A DNA stretch of 42,854 bases, taken from positions 19,372,045 through 19,414,898 of the forward strand of contig JANKJI020000001.1 of NCBI GenBank assembly GCA_024626585.2, written 5' to 3'. The stretch is from Ginkgo biloba (Eukaryota; Plantae; Ginkgophyta). Each line of letters begins with the position of its first letter. The stretch's first letter is position 1. The position numbers were made by a program, and so were the translations under genes. Positions 13,101 to 25,100 of this stretch are shown here, piece after piece. The notes under the pieces were generated by a model, which searched no databases, was not told the DNA's origin, and saw nothing but the letters and a program-made list of their open reading frames with translations.

Positions 13101-16100
13101 ATCTCTTTCTGTGCTCTTCTGGCTTTTATCTCAGTTCACCAGTTAATAATCCATTCTCCTTATGTGCAATGGTTGTCTCTTGATCATATGGATGCAATGA
13201 TTGTGTATTTCTTATGTTGCACACAATCACTATTTGATTTCACTGTTATTCCAGATCTGCAACTCTAGGGATATGCTCCACAGGGAAATGTCCTCACTAC
13301 AAGATGCTATACCGAGAATAAACTTCAACTTGATGAAATCTAGACAAAAAAGTCAGCTAGTAAAAATGCTACCAGAACTTCCTCTCCAGAAACTGCATTG
13401 AAAACTACATTTAGTAGATATTTCAACAAAACTTCATCTACTGGAAATGTCAATGAAGACTTTCAATGGCCGAAACTTTTGACACAAGTTCATCCGCTGA
13501 AAATTCAGGGAAAGGTGTGTCGGCCAGAATTCTGGTCCTAGTTCTAAAAATTTGCTGGGATCATCCACAGTGTCTTAAATCTCTTGCCCTTTCTANNNNN
13601 NNNNNNNNNNNNNNNNNNNNNNNNNNNNNNNNNNNNNNNNNNNNNNNNNNNNNNNNNNNNNNNNNNNNNNNNNNNNNNNNNNNNNNNNNNNNNNNNNNNN
13701 NNNNNTTTCTGACAAAAACCATCAACAGAATCTGCTAAAATGAAAACCGAAGAACCAATAAAGTAGAAAAGGAGTATTTCAGCAAAAAGACAAATGTCAA
13801 CGGTAACAATACAAATTTAGTGTAGTGTTCATGCATCCATTACAAGATGACATGACAAAAATTAGTTCTTAAAAGAAAATTTGAACTAGTGTGTATACCA
13901 TCCAAAGCAGGATGCAACAGTTCTTTGCACCAATTTATGTTTAAATTTTCTGTTGGATTTCAGGTCCAATATGTCATTTATAGATCTTAATGCAGTATGG
14001 AATACTATATTATATTTATAATGAAAGAAGGAACAACAGATTTTGTAATTGATTATATGACTAATAATAGATGTTACAGGGAGTATTATCTATAGGAGAA
14101 ACCTGTAGCAGAAGAGTTTTAGAAGAGCATATTTATGAGGTATGATTCTTCTTACCTCATGAGACCTTACACAGGAAAGTATAGTATAGGGCTTTCCCGT
14201 AGTGTCAACCTGCACCTTAAGCAGAACCCTACCAGTGGCAACTGCAGCTCCACCATCAGCCAAAGCAGCATGCATTATTCTCTCACAAACAGGGACTGAA
14301 TTCACTTCCTGTATTTGGGTAGAGATCACCCACTCTCCTTGGATTGCAGAAGAAAGCCTCTTCAATACTCGTACTGAGAAACTTGTCACCTACACCAGTT
14401 AAAATTACAATAAGAAGATTACAGTAATGTTTATTTCAACTTTGAAGAAAACAAGCACTCAGATTAATAGTCGTGATCAAGTTAGTAGTGTACCTGAACA
14501 ATCCAACCAGTTGAGATTGCACCTATTGTAATTGTGCTGTGGCTCCTATCAAAACCTTCTACTATTTCATCAGAAACTCTCTCTCCTGCTGCAGTAATAA
14601 TATCACTTACATCCTGTAAATGCAAAATAAAACTCAAGCAAATGAGCCTAAAATATTGCAGTTCTTGATACCACAAAAGTATATATGGACAATTATAATA
14701 ATATCATATTTCGTAGTCCGAGAAAATTGCATCCATCAATAACAATATATATGACATCATNNNNNNNNNNNNNNNNNNNNNNNNNNNNNNNNNNNNNNNN
14801 NNNNNNNNNNNNNNNNNNNNNNNNNNNNNNNNNNNNNNNNNNNNNNNNNNNNNNNNNNNNACAAGACATCCTAAGAAAAGCTTAAAACATGTAAAATTAA
14901 ATAAAGTTAGTTACCAAAATCTTTTTCTCCTTCAAGGAGATGAAATAAAACCTTTGAAAAAACTCTCACACCCACATGTACACAGCCGTGAAAATTGCCT
15001 AAAGTTGAATGTGATGTTAGGTCCAAACACAAGACTATGTAGATTGTTGCTTGCAAGACTAATTTTCATTATAGAAATCTAGACTTAAAAAGACACTAAA
15101 GGTGGTAGAAAGAANNNNNNNNNNNNNNNNNNNNNNNNNNNNNNNNNNNNNNNNNNNNNNNNNNNNNNNNNNNNNNNNNNNNNNNNNNNNNNNNNNNNNN
15201 NNNNNNNNNNNNNNNNNNNNNNNNNNNNNNNNNNNNNNNNNNNNNNNNNNNNNNNNNNNNNNNNNNNNNNNNNNNNNNNNNNNNNNNNNNNNNNNNNNNN
15301 NNNNNNNNNNNNNNNNNNNNNNNNNNNNNNNNNNNNNNNNNNNNNNNNNNNNNNNNNNNNNNNNNNNNNNNNNNNNNNNNNNNNNNNNNNNNNNNNNNNN
15401 NNNNNNNNNNNNNNNNNNNNNNNNNNNNNNNNNNNNNNNNNNNNNNNNNNNNNNNNNNNNNNNNNNNNNNNNNNNNNNNNNNNNNNNNNNNNNNNNNNNN
15501 NNNNNNNNNNNNNNNNNNNNNNNNNNNNNNNNNNNNNNNNNNNNNNNNNNNNNNNNNNNNNNNNNNNNNNNNNNNNNNNNNNNNNNNNNNNNNNNNNNNN
15601 NNNNNNNNNNNNNNNNNNNNNNNNNNNNNNNNNNNNNNNNNNNNNNNNNNNNNNNNNNNNNNNNNNNNNNNNNNNNNNNNNNNNNNNNNNNNNNNNNNNN
15701 NNNNNNNNNNNNNNNNNNNNNNNNNNNNNNNNNNNNNNNNNNNNNNNNNNNNNNNNNNNNNNNNNNNNNNNNNNNNNNNNNNNNNNNNNNNNNNNNNNNN
15801 NNNNNNNNNNNNNNNNNNNNNNNNNNNNNNNNNNNNNNNNNNNNNNNNNNNNNNNNNNNNNNNNNNNNNNNNNNNNNNNNNNNNNNNNNNNNNNNNNNNN
15901 NNNNNNNNNNNCAAATGGAATAACATGTGCCGAGTCATGCTTTGTCATCTCAGAACATACTTTGTGTAGATTTGGGGAAAGATTGGGAATGACAACAAAT
16001 TGTGGGATGTGTGGTTGTAACCATGGATGCAAAAGGATCTTGCTATGGTCATTTGTCTATGACATCCTCGTGTTTGGTCTTGGAAGATGTATGCTCCTTT

Positions 16101-19100
16101 GTGGACGAACTTTATTAATNNNNNNNNNNNNNNNNNNNNNNNNNNNNNNNNNNNNNNNGGCTCACCTTTTCAGAAAGGAAATACTCCAAGGGGTATTGTG
16201 AAACATTTTAATATGGATACTTTACCTCTCTCAATGGTGGAATTCAGTGTATAAGGGCTCCTTCTTCAAAGTGGTGAGCTTTTTTCATGTGCACTTTTGC
16301 TTTAGAATAAATTCTAGCAACCTTCCGATTAGTAATACTTTTTCACATCAAGTTGTGTGTCAAATGTTCATTTTGAACCTAGTGGGAAGGTTTTTCATCT
16401 TGAGATCAATACTGAACTCCTTGGCTGGATTTTCTCTTCTTGAAAAGTTACTTTGAGGTTCGCAATGGCTAAGACAAGTTAGTTCTCTTCTTCTTCTCCT
16501 TTCCTCCATTAGATTTTCTAGAGTTGACCTTGTAATGAAACTAAGCAGAAACTCCTCAATTCCAAGAGATGATTCTATAGGTGAAGAAGCACAATTCGAC
16601 ATTGACAACCATGCTTTGGGGGCAAAACATTATAAAAAGGGATAACATGTTGTGTCCCTCGACATATGTGTATGATTGTGGATAGATGTGATAATTGTGT
16701 AGGGGTAATTGTTGGCCCATTTTGTGAGTGTAACCGCAATAGCACTCTCAAAATGTGTACTAAGGTTTAAGTAGAGGTAGACTAAGGAGGACTCTTTTGT
16801 GTATACAAAGGCACCCAAGCCTCATTTGAATCATAATTATGAATTTCAAATCTTTTGTATAGNNNNNNNNNNNNNNCGGCTCATTTTACACTTATGAGAG
16901 TCTTTTTCTAAAATTTTGTGCTTAAGTGAGTCCCTTGTGATCTATTATTGTGATTGTACCATGATCTATTGGATTTTAAGGCATGAATATCTTATTGCAT
17001 AATTGTTGATTTATGTGTGCAATGCTTCTTTTTGTGAAATTATATTAATTTATGATCAATTCAAGGTAGTGAAAACCTAAATGTTCACTACAAACCTCTT
17101 TTTGCCTTATTTTCCTCCAAAATCCATTCTTATGATTTCCCAAGCAACACCTCTAGATACTTGCATTTATAATATTCATCAAAACAAATATATTAGCAAA
17201 CAACACCTTATCTAACACTTATTCAAGGTTTGTCTTAGGGTGTAGGACTCTCTCTCTCCAACATCTAGCCTACAACCTGCATGCAAGATATTGCCTCTAG
17301 TAAGCACAACATTACTAGGTTAGACTATAGGCTCCACTCTTACACTACATTACCAAAACACTAGTTATTATCCATGGTATCTATTGTACAAGAGTATCTA
17401 GACGATAACAATCCCTTTTGTTACAACCCAACAAGCTACTACAAAGTTGGCCTTAAAATCTGGGCGAAATCTAGCGAAGAAGGACACATTAAAATCAAAC
17501 ATGGAAGACGTCTCTAACCCTAGGCTAAATGATGGGACCAGATAACGAATATTCCATATGATGACAAAACCCCATAGTGAGGTGCTTATAAGAGAGAAAA
17601 CTATGAAGAGAAGAGCCAAGAGCGTTCTCCGATTGAGGAAGCCTACCTTCCAAGAGTAAAATTCGGGCAAAACAGTTCCACAATGTTACATCTCAGACTT
17701 CTGCAAATTTGGCCTTGAAAGGAGGGTCAAGGACAACCTTTAAAAGTGCTCCAAAACCAGCCTTGGAAGACATGCCAAAGCCTAAGTTCAATGATGGGGC
17801 CTAGTTATATATTTTGCACATGATGAAACCCCATNNNNNNNNNNNNNNNNNNNNNNNNNNNNNNNNNNNNNNNNNNNNNNNNNNNNNNNNNNNNNNNNNN
17901 NNNNNNNNNNNNNNNNNNNNNNNNNNNNNNNNNNCTAAAAACACGAGATATGTAGAAAAAGGTGTAAAGATAAAGTCAAATTAAAAAAATGAAGATGACT
18001 TTATAAAATTACATTGATTAAGAATGGAATATTCTGTAGAATATTTTGACTGAATTTTTTTTTAGATTCTAAAGTAGAAACTTAAGAAAATTTTGAATTT
18101 TTTAAAAAAAATTCACCGCATGGCAAAATCGCTTCTCCAACTGCGAGTTTGAATTTTCTTCGTTTTTCTTTGTGGTAAGGGTCTCCGGATCGGGGAAAGG
18201 TGTCTGGTGTGAAGGCAAAGGTGTTGTTGGGGGGATAGAAGGCCCCGTTATGGGCTGGGGGTTGGCACGCCGCAAGGAACGCAGGTGTGGGATGCACGGG
18301 GCCCAAGGCAGGTGCCTGGGGGAGTTGTGCCCCGGGCGGCTGGGGGCGTTAGTCGCAAGGGGCGAAGGGGCCATTGGGAGGAGGCCACGGGAGGTGCAGG
18401 GCACAGGGCAGGAGCAGAGCAGGGGAAATAGGGGTTGCCAACAGTGTTGGTAAAAATGGGTGACCCAGTGGGACCCACTTAAATCGACATGTGGTTATTT
18501 GTCATTCATTAATAACGCATGCATTAATTACACATACATGAGAAAATCATGAACCCTTCAGAAGAATTTGTGGGGTACAAAGGAGTCTTCATTAATAATC
18601 ATGATAGTACATAGAATATTTGGAGGAATCTAGCATTAAATGCTAGAAACCATTAATATTTATAGATCCTTAGCTATCACGATTTCCAAGGGTGAAAATA
18701 ACCCTTATTTATACTATTTTCTCTCTCATAATAATGAAGGGTCATAATTATTGGTCAAAGGTCAATGACATTTGACCTTTCATTATGACCTCATTAATAC
18801 ATTTATTNNNNNNNNNNAATGTTGTACTTTTACATTAAATGAGGGAAAATTTATTATAATAAATGCTGCCCTAATTTCTTTTCGAATTATGTCAGAAGAA
18901 GAAGAGGAAGAGCCAGAGAATTTTTCCCATTCGAATAAGGTGCCATCCAAGGAATCTAAAGATTAAGAACCTACGCATAAGTGCTCTAGAAGGGAGTGCA
19001 AGTTACTATGAAATGTAAAGCAGGTCAAATATATGTACATTTGGGATTATGATGGGATGGCTTTTAGTCCCTCTTTCCTAGCATGGGNNNNNNNNNNNNN

Positions 19101-22100
19101 NNNNNNNNNNNNNNNNNNNNNNNNNNNNNNNNNNNNNNNNNNNNNNNNNNNNNNNNNNNNNNNNNNNNNNNNNNACTAGAGAGTGGTGGAATGGTGTCCA
19201 AACTTAGATTTAAGAGTGTACGAGGCAAAAGATCACGACCTGGACTAAATTAAAGGAAGTGGTGATTAAGAAGTTCACATCCCAGAATGAGATGCAAGAA
19301 GCCTATACCCAAGTTTGGGGTTTGAGGAAAGATAGTACAGTACAAGACTACAACAATAAGATGAATGCACTCTTCATTTGACTATCAGACTTGGCCATGA
19401 GGTACAATGTGTACCATTACATGCATGGAATGAAATCCACATTCAATAGGGGGTAGCATTCACTCATCCTAAGACCATGAAGGTTGCACATAACACTACG
19501 TTGCNNNNNNNNNNNNNNNNNNNNNNNNNNNNNNNNNNNNNNNNNNNNNNNNNNNNNNNNNNNNNNNNNNNNNNNNNNNNNNNNNNNNNNNNNNNNNNNN
19601 NNNNATTCAGTTTTGATAGTGGGAAAATGGTCAGAACATTTGTCACACACAATGTACAATCATATTATCTTAAACAAATAGACCTCTTCTAGCAATGTAT
19701 CTGCAAATAAACTTAGCAATTGTATTAGATTTAGTTACCGCCCCCTTTGACAAATCACAACTCACCTAAAAGGAATGAGATCTCTAGTTCATAAACATGA
19801 TTATATGATATTGCTCTCATTCCTAGGTTGGTCACTTTTTTCTGGTGCTTATACCAATTTTTGGAAGTGAGGGTAAATTATATGGTATGTTTGCATTCTC
19901 TAACCTATGTCATGGATAAAGGGAAGCATTTTTTATTTTGGTTACCTAAGAAGCATAATGGAGATAAATATCAAATTAAAAATGAGAGAAATTCTTAAGA
20001 TCAGAACCATGTGTACTGTAATGGATAAAGGAATAAAAAGTAGAAAGTAACTCTCTTAAAAATATACTGATCTCTAGCTTCATCAAAAGAAAGGTGATTT
20101 AATTGGATGAGAGATATAGAGAGGATTTCACAGGGAATTGATCAAGAGAAAATGGTGGGTAGACTTTGGGTTTCAAGATGTTTTGTACATTGGAAATTAC
20201 TCCATATTAGCTTGATAAACAAATCATTTCTTAGCTTTGGACATTAAGTACTTGAAGCTTCCACAGACCAAAAAAATTGTTCATTTGTGACTTTGAAAAT
20301 GAATAATCGACCTAATTAAATTTGGAAGAAAAAGATACATTATTAAAAGAAAGGGGAAGATGTTGCAAAAAGAGGGGTCAAAATGCCTTCTTAAGGAAGC
20401 ATTAGGAGCAACTCCACATAACAAAACAAGATACTCCTCTGAACTTCTTTGCGGATCATGGATTAACAATGCATCATGCACAGCCTCCACGGTGTCCGTT
20501 AGTGGGTTCTCAAGAGCCAATTCTTCCACCAAAATTCCTTCTGGTGCCACAATATGATTTTGTGAATGGTCAACAGCATCGCAGGTTCCATTTTTCCTAG
20601 ATTGCTGTAGCACTCTAAGTAGACGTGAGCCATTTCCTTGGCAATATATGTAAAGTATGAATCCCTCATTCTCAACTGAATTTGTGTTAGTTGGACCAGT
20701 GCATTCCAGTATCTGCACAAATCAAAGGCAAAAGCAATCTTCACAATGAAATATGTGCAAATTGTCAATAATCCCACCATGTCAAAGTTATGAGCTAAAT
20801 TCAGACAAGAAAAGTATAAAACAAAAAGGGAAAGTGATAAACAAGATGAATTTTTTTTCATGTTCTTAATTGAAGGTTTGAGGTAGAAGCAAATCATGCA
20901 AATAGTGTATGAGAAAGGATGAACAAACACCAAAGATGGAAAATGTATTTCCTATCAATTTTTCTTCTTGTTAAATATTCGCTTTGTATTAATCAAAATG
21001 AAAGAGAGATCAAGACAACTAATGGGCCAAACAGATTCAAATTCCACAAAGATACATTTTCCTATTGGTACTTTACTAGATAGACACAATGATACACCAT
21101 GGATGTTGTCTTTATAAAAGAGGAAGTCAACTTTGTAGGATGTGAATCAACCCAAGAACTCCTTGCATCATAGAGTTCCANNNNNNNNNNTCTGGAATTT
21201 ATTATTCAATTTCAATGAGGTAGTTATGATTCTATATACGAGGAATTGGTTATCCAGTACCCCAAGTAAACGGAAGAGTTAGGTGATGTTTGGAATCTGG
21301 AGGTGGAAGAAATAGTGGTCAAATTGGTGTATTACCAAACCACACTACACTTGTTACATCTGTAGATTTAGGAATTATGAAAACTTTCTTTAGGATAGGA
21401 CATACTGTGCATGTATCAAACNNNNNNNNNNATTTTGCCAATAAAAATAATGCATTTGAATCTTATTTTAAGTAAGATAAAAAACTAAGAAAAGAGAGAG
21501 AACAATTAAATATACAAGAAGATGGAGTAAAGATGTTTATTGAGACACCAATACAATGATTTTGAGGCTCCTACTACTTCCTCCGTTAAATCTTCAAAGG
21601 TCATCTCGCACTCTCAACCTACAAAGGCTTGAGTAACCAATGTTGGCCAAATTATTAAGGTTGTGTCAATATGTATAAAGAATAAGTTTTATTTTCCAAT
21701 AGGATGAACACCTATGCTAAACAATATCAATGAGATTCTCCTCCTTTGAACTATCATCAATGCCTGACACTTACAATGCAACATCTCTTAAGTTGTTGCT
21801 TATCCTTTCCAAAATCTCCATGGACAGTGTTTGAATCTCTCTTTTAATAAGGAATTACTAAAGTGGCCATCCTGTCCTTTTGCCTTCAAAGGATATGAGA
21901 AAGTATGAGTAAATGGAAATGGATGAAGCCTTTTTATTGTTGACATTCGCATCAACTTTCCACAAGCCCTTGTGTTACAACCACAACAAAAACAATGCAC
22001 TTCATCAAGAGAAATCAAAATAAATGACATAATGTATCAGTTCTTTGGGTCAACATATATAATATATCACTTCTCAATATATGTCTTGAAGACATTGTGT

Positions 22101-25100
22101 AAAGCACCATAAAAAACCCAAAGAGGAGTTACAAAAGCTTAGGTCCAATAGACAATACCAAATGTCAGGCAAAACCTTATAATGTAGCCGTAAGCACGAG
22201 TTTTGAAAGAAGCATTTGCAAGCATATATATATATATATAAAGTTATGGAATGAACACAATAAGAANNNNNNNNNNNNNNNNNNNNNNNNNNNNNNNNNN
22301 NNNNNNNNNNNNNNNNNNNNNNNNNNNNNNNNNNNNNNNNNNNNNNNNNNNNNNNNNNNNNNNNNNGGATTGATCATCTGTCAAGAGTAGAGATAAAAGA
22401 AGTTGAAGAAATAAATGATGAATTCCCTAATATCAATCTATTTTGAATTGAATTTTGTGCCAAATCACTTAAGAGAAACTATTGAATTTTTTAGTACAAG
22501 ATTGGTACCCAAGGAGTTATCATCCACACAAAGAAAAAGTTTCACATGAAGAGCAATGAGATACAAACTTATTGAAGTTCAATTGTATAAAATCGGTAAA
22601 AATGAGATACTNNNNNNNNNNNNNNNNNNNNNNNNNNNNNNNNNNNNNNNNNNNNNNNNNNNNNNNNNNNNNNNNNNNNNNNNNNNNNNNNNNNGAGAGT
22701 TGAAAACCAAGAAAGTTTTAATCGCAGGACTGTGGTGGCCATGAGTCATCAAGGATACTCATTTTTGGTCTAGAGTATGTGATGTGTGTCAAAGAATTGG
22801 TAGATCTATTGATAAAGATTGTATGCCTTTGAATCCAACTAAGATACAATTCCCTTTCGAGAAATGGGACATAGACTTTGCAAGACCAATTAAAACACTA
22901 GTAAAAAAACCTAGGATAGGTACATTATAGTAGCCACTAACTACTTCACAAAATGGGTTGAAGCAAAATCAATAGGAGATAATTATGCAATAACAAATCC
23001 TATGTTTTTGTATAAAAATGTAATTGTGAGATGTGGATGTCTTGTGGAACTAGTTAGTGACAGAAAGTCACATTTCCTAAACAAGGTAATAGAAAGTTTG
23101 ACTGAATTTTGAGATTTAGTGCAAAAAGTGTACCCCTTATTACCCTGGATGTAATGGACTCGTAGAGTCATCCAATAAAATTATATGTAATGTTATCACA
23201 AGGATATGCGACGTTGATTGCAAAGCCTTGGATGAAAAGCTACATGCAGTATTGTGGGCATTCAGAACAACATATACGCAATCAACAGGTCAAACTCAAT
23301 TTCAATTAATATATGGGAAAGTTGTTGTGTTGCCAGTAGAATTTCAAGTGTCAAGTTTAAGGACTACAATAAAATAAAAATGGAATGATATTGAATCTCT
23401 GCAGGAATGCCTGATGCAACTAAATAAATTTGAAGAAAAGAGAGTTATGGCTCTTTGGCATCACTAGGTAGTTCAAGCGAGACGATGAAAGCACATGATA
23501 GAAAAATTAAAGGAATGAGAATTCACCAAGGAGATCTAGTTTTGCTTTAGGATAGCATATACAAATAAATGAAGCATAAGCTCAAAACAAGGTGGCTAGG
23601 ACCCTATGTAGTGGAATAATTGTATGAAAATGGATCTGGACCATTATCAAAATTGGATGGAGAAATAGTGCTAGGAAAAGTGAATGCTCCCAGCTTTAAG
23701 CTATTCAACTCTTGGGTTTTGTCACATTCCTCGGGATAAGATTAACATGGATTTTATGGGTTGTAACACAAAATAAATCTACTGAAGCATTGCATGAAGC
23801 AAGAAGGTAGGAATCCCCAAGGGAAGAAATGGGAAAAATATTTGAATGTAGAAATGGAAATAGTAGAAGATATGAGTCTGTATACCATATAAAAATTGCC
23901 TAGGGTTTAGAAAATGTGAATAATTAATAAGTCAAAGTCAAAGGAAATATTACATAGGTATAAATTTTGTAAAGAAAAAAGTTACTTATTGTGAGTACAA
24001 ACAAGGTTAGAAATAGTTGAGAAGTCTCATGCATATCAAAATTAAAGCTTTAATTCCCATTTTGTTTTGTTTGTATGTTCCTTTATGAAAATTCAATAAA
24101 ACTTATGTTTTGTGCCCCTACCCCCCCACCAAATGGTAAAAAAGATCCTTCAACATATCAACATTTAAATAATGTGATCCAACTATTCTATGCAACCCTA
24201 TTCATATTGCTAATATGACTATTTCTTATGATAATGTAATTGTTTCAACAATGGCATATACTCGCCTGTAATGACACAAGTGTGCTTGAAACTATGATCT
24301 TTTTCATGATAGAAGCCTTCATATCAAATGTATAAAGTGCACTAGTACTATCACCAAGCACCAAAGTATGCTCATTTATAAATTTGCAACATGTTGGGAG
24401 TCCTTACAAATAATTTTTTATAGAACTTTGATGTGTAAGTAAAAATCCTCCAACAAAAGAGTAAATTTCCTCCAACTTTACAAGTTTCACTAGTAGAGAT
24501 GGGTTCAATTGGTTTGAATTTGAAAAAAAATGCATGAGAATTTCCTAATACATTATAGTAAAATCAAAGATGAATGGTCTGGTAGCCTATATCTTCCTTA
24601 TTCAATGTCATTGCTCCTCTAGAATATACCCAAGTCCAACCTTTCTTGCAATATCTTGGGGAATTTTATATCCTGCTATTGTTGTCATCTAGCCATGATT
24701 TATCATGCTCATAACTCAAATACATTTGAACTGCAATGACGCTAGATGTTGGTTGTTACTTTGTTAATGGGAGATAAACACTACCATAGAATCATCTATG
24801 CAAGACTATAATATGAAGATCATCAGATATACGTGAGCAAAACCATATGAGGAATATACACATATTTATATGAGAATCAATAGATTTCATTAAGATGAGA
24901 GGAAGTCCCGAGAGCCCAGGACTGTCCTGAGTATTACAACCAGTATGATTCTCTGTCTCCTCACTTCTCTACCATGATCAAGAGCATATACCCACATATA
25001 TATAGGTGGCAGAGGTGATTGAACAACCCAACTGCCATCCGCATACCTAATTACCTATTACACATTCATACATTGTAAAGTGACTTTTAAGACATAATAT

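Noticed and set aside
7458-16032. Long ORFs such as 7458..8363, 7528..8445 and 15085..16032
   Set aside because: They are open only because they run through N gaps.
18082-18478. Four overlapping ORFs as a small gene
   Set aside because: Expected from local GC richness; no recognisable domain or splice structure.
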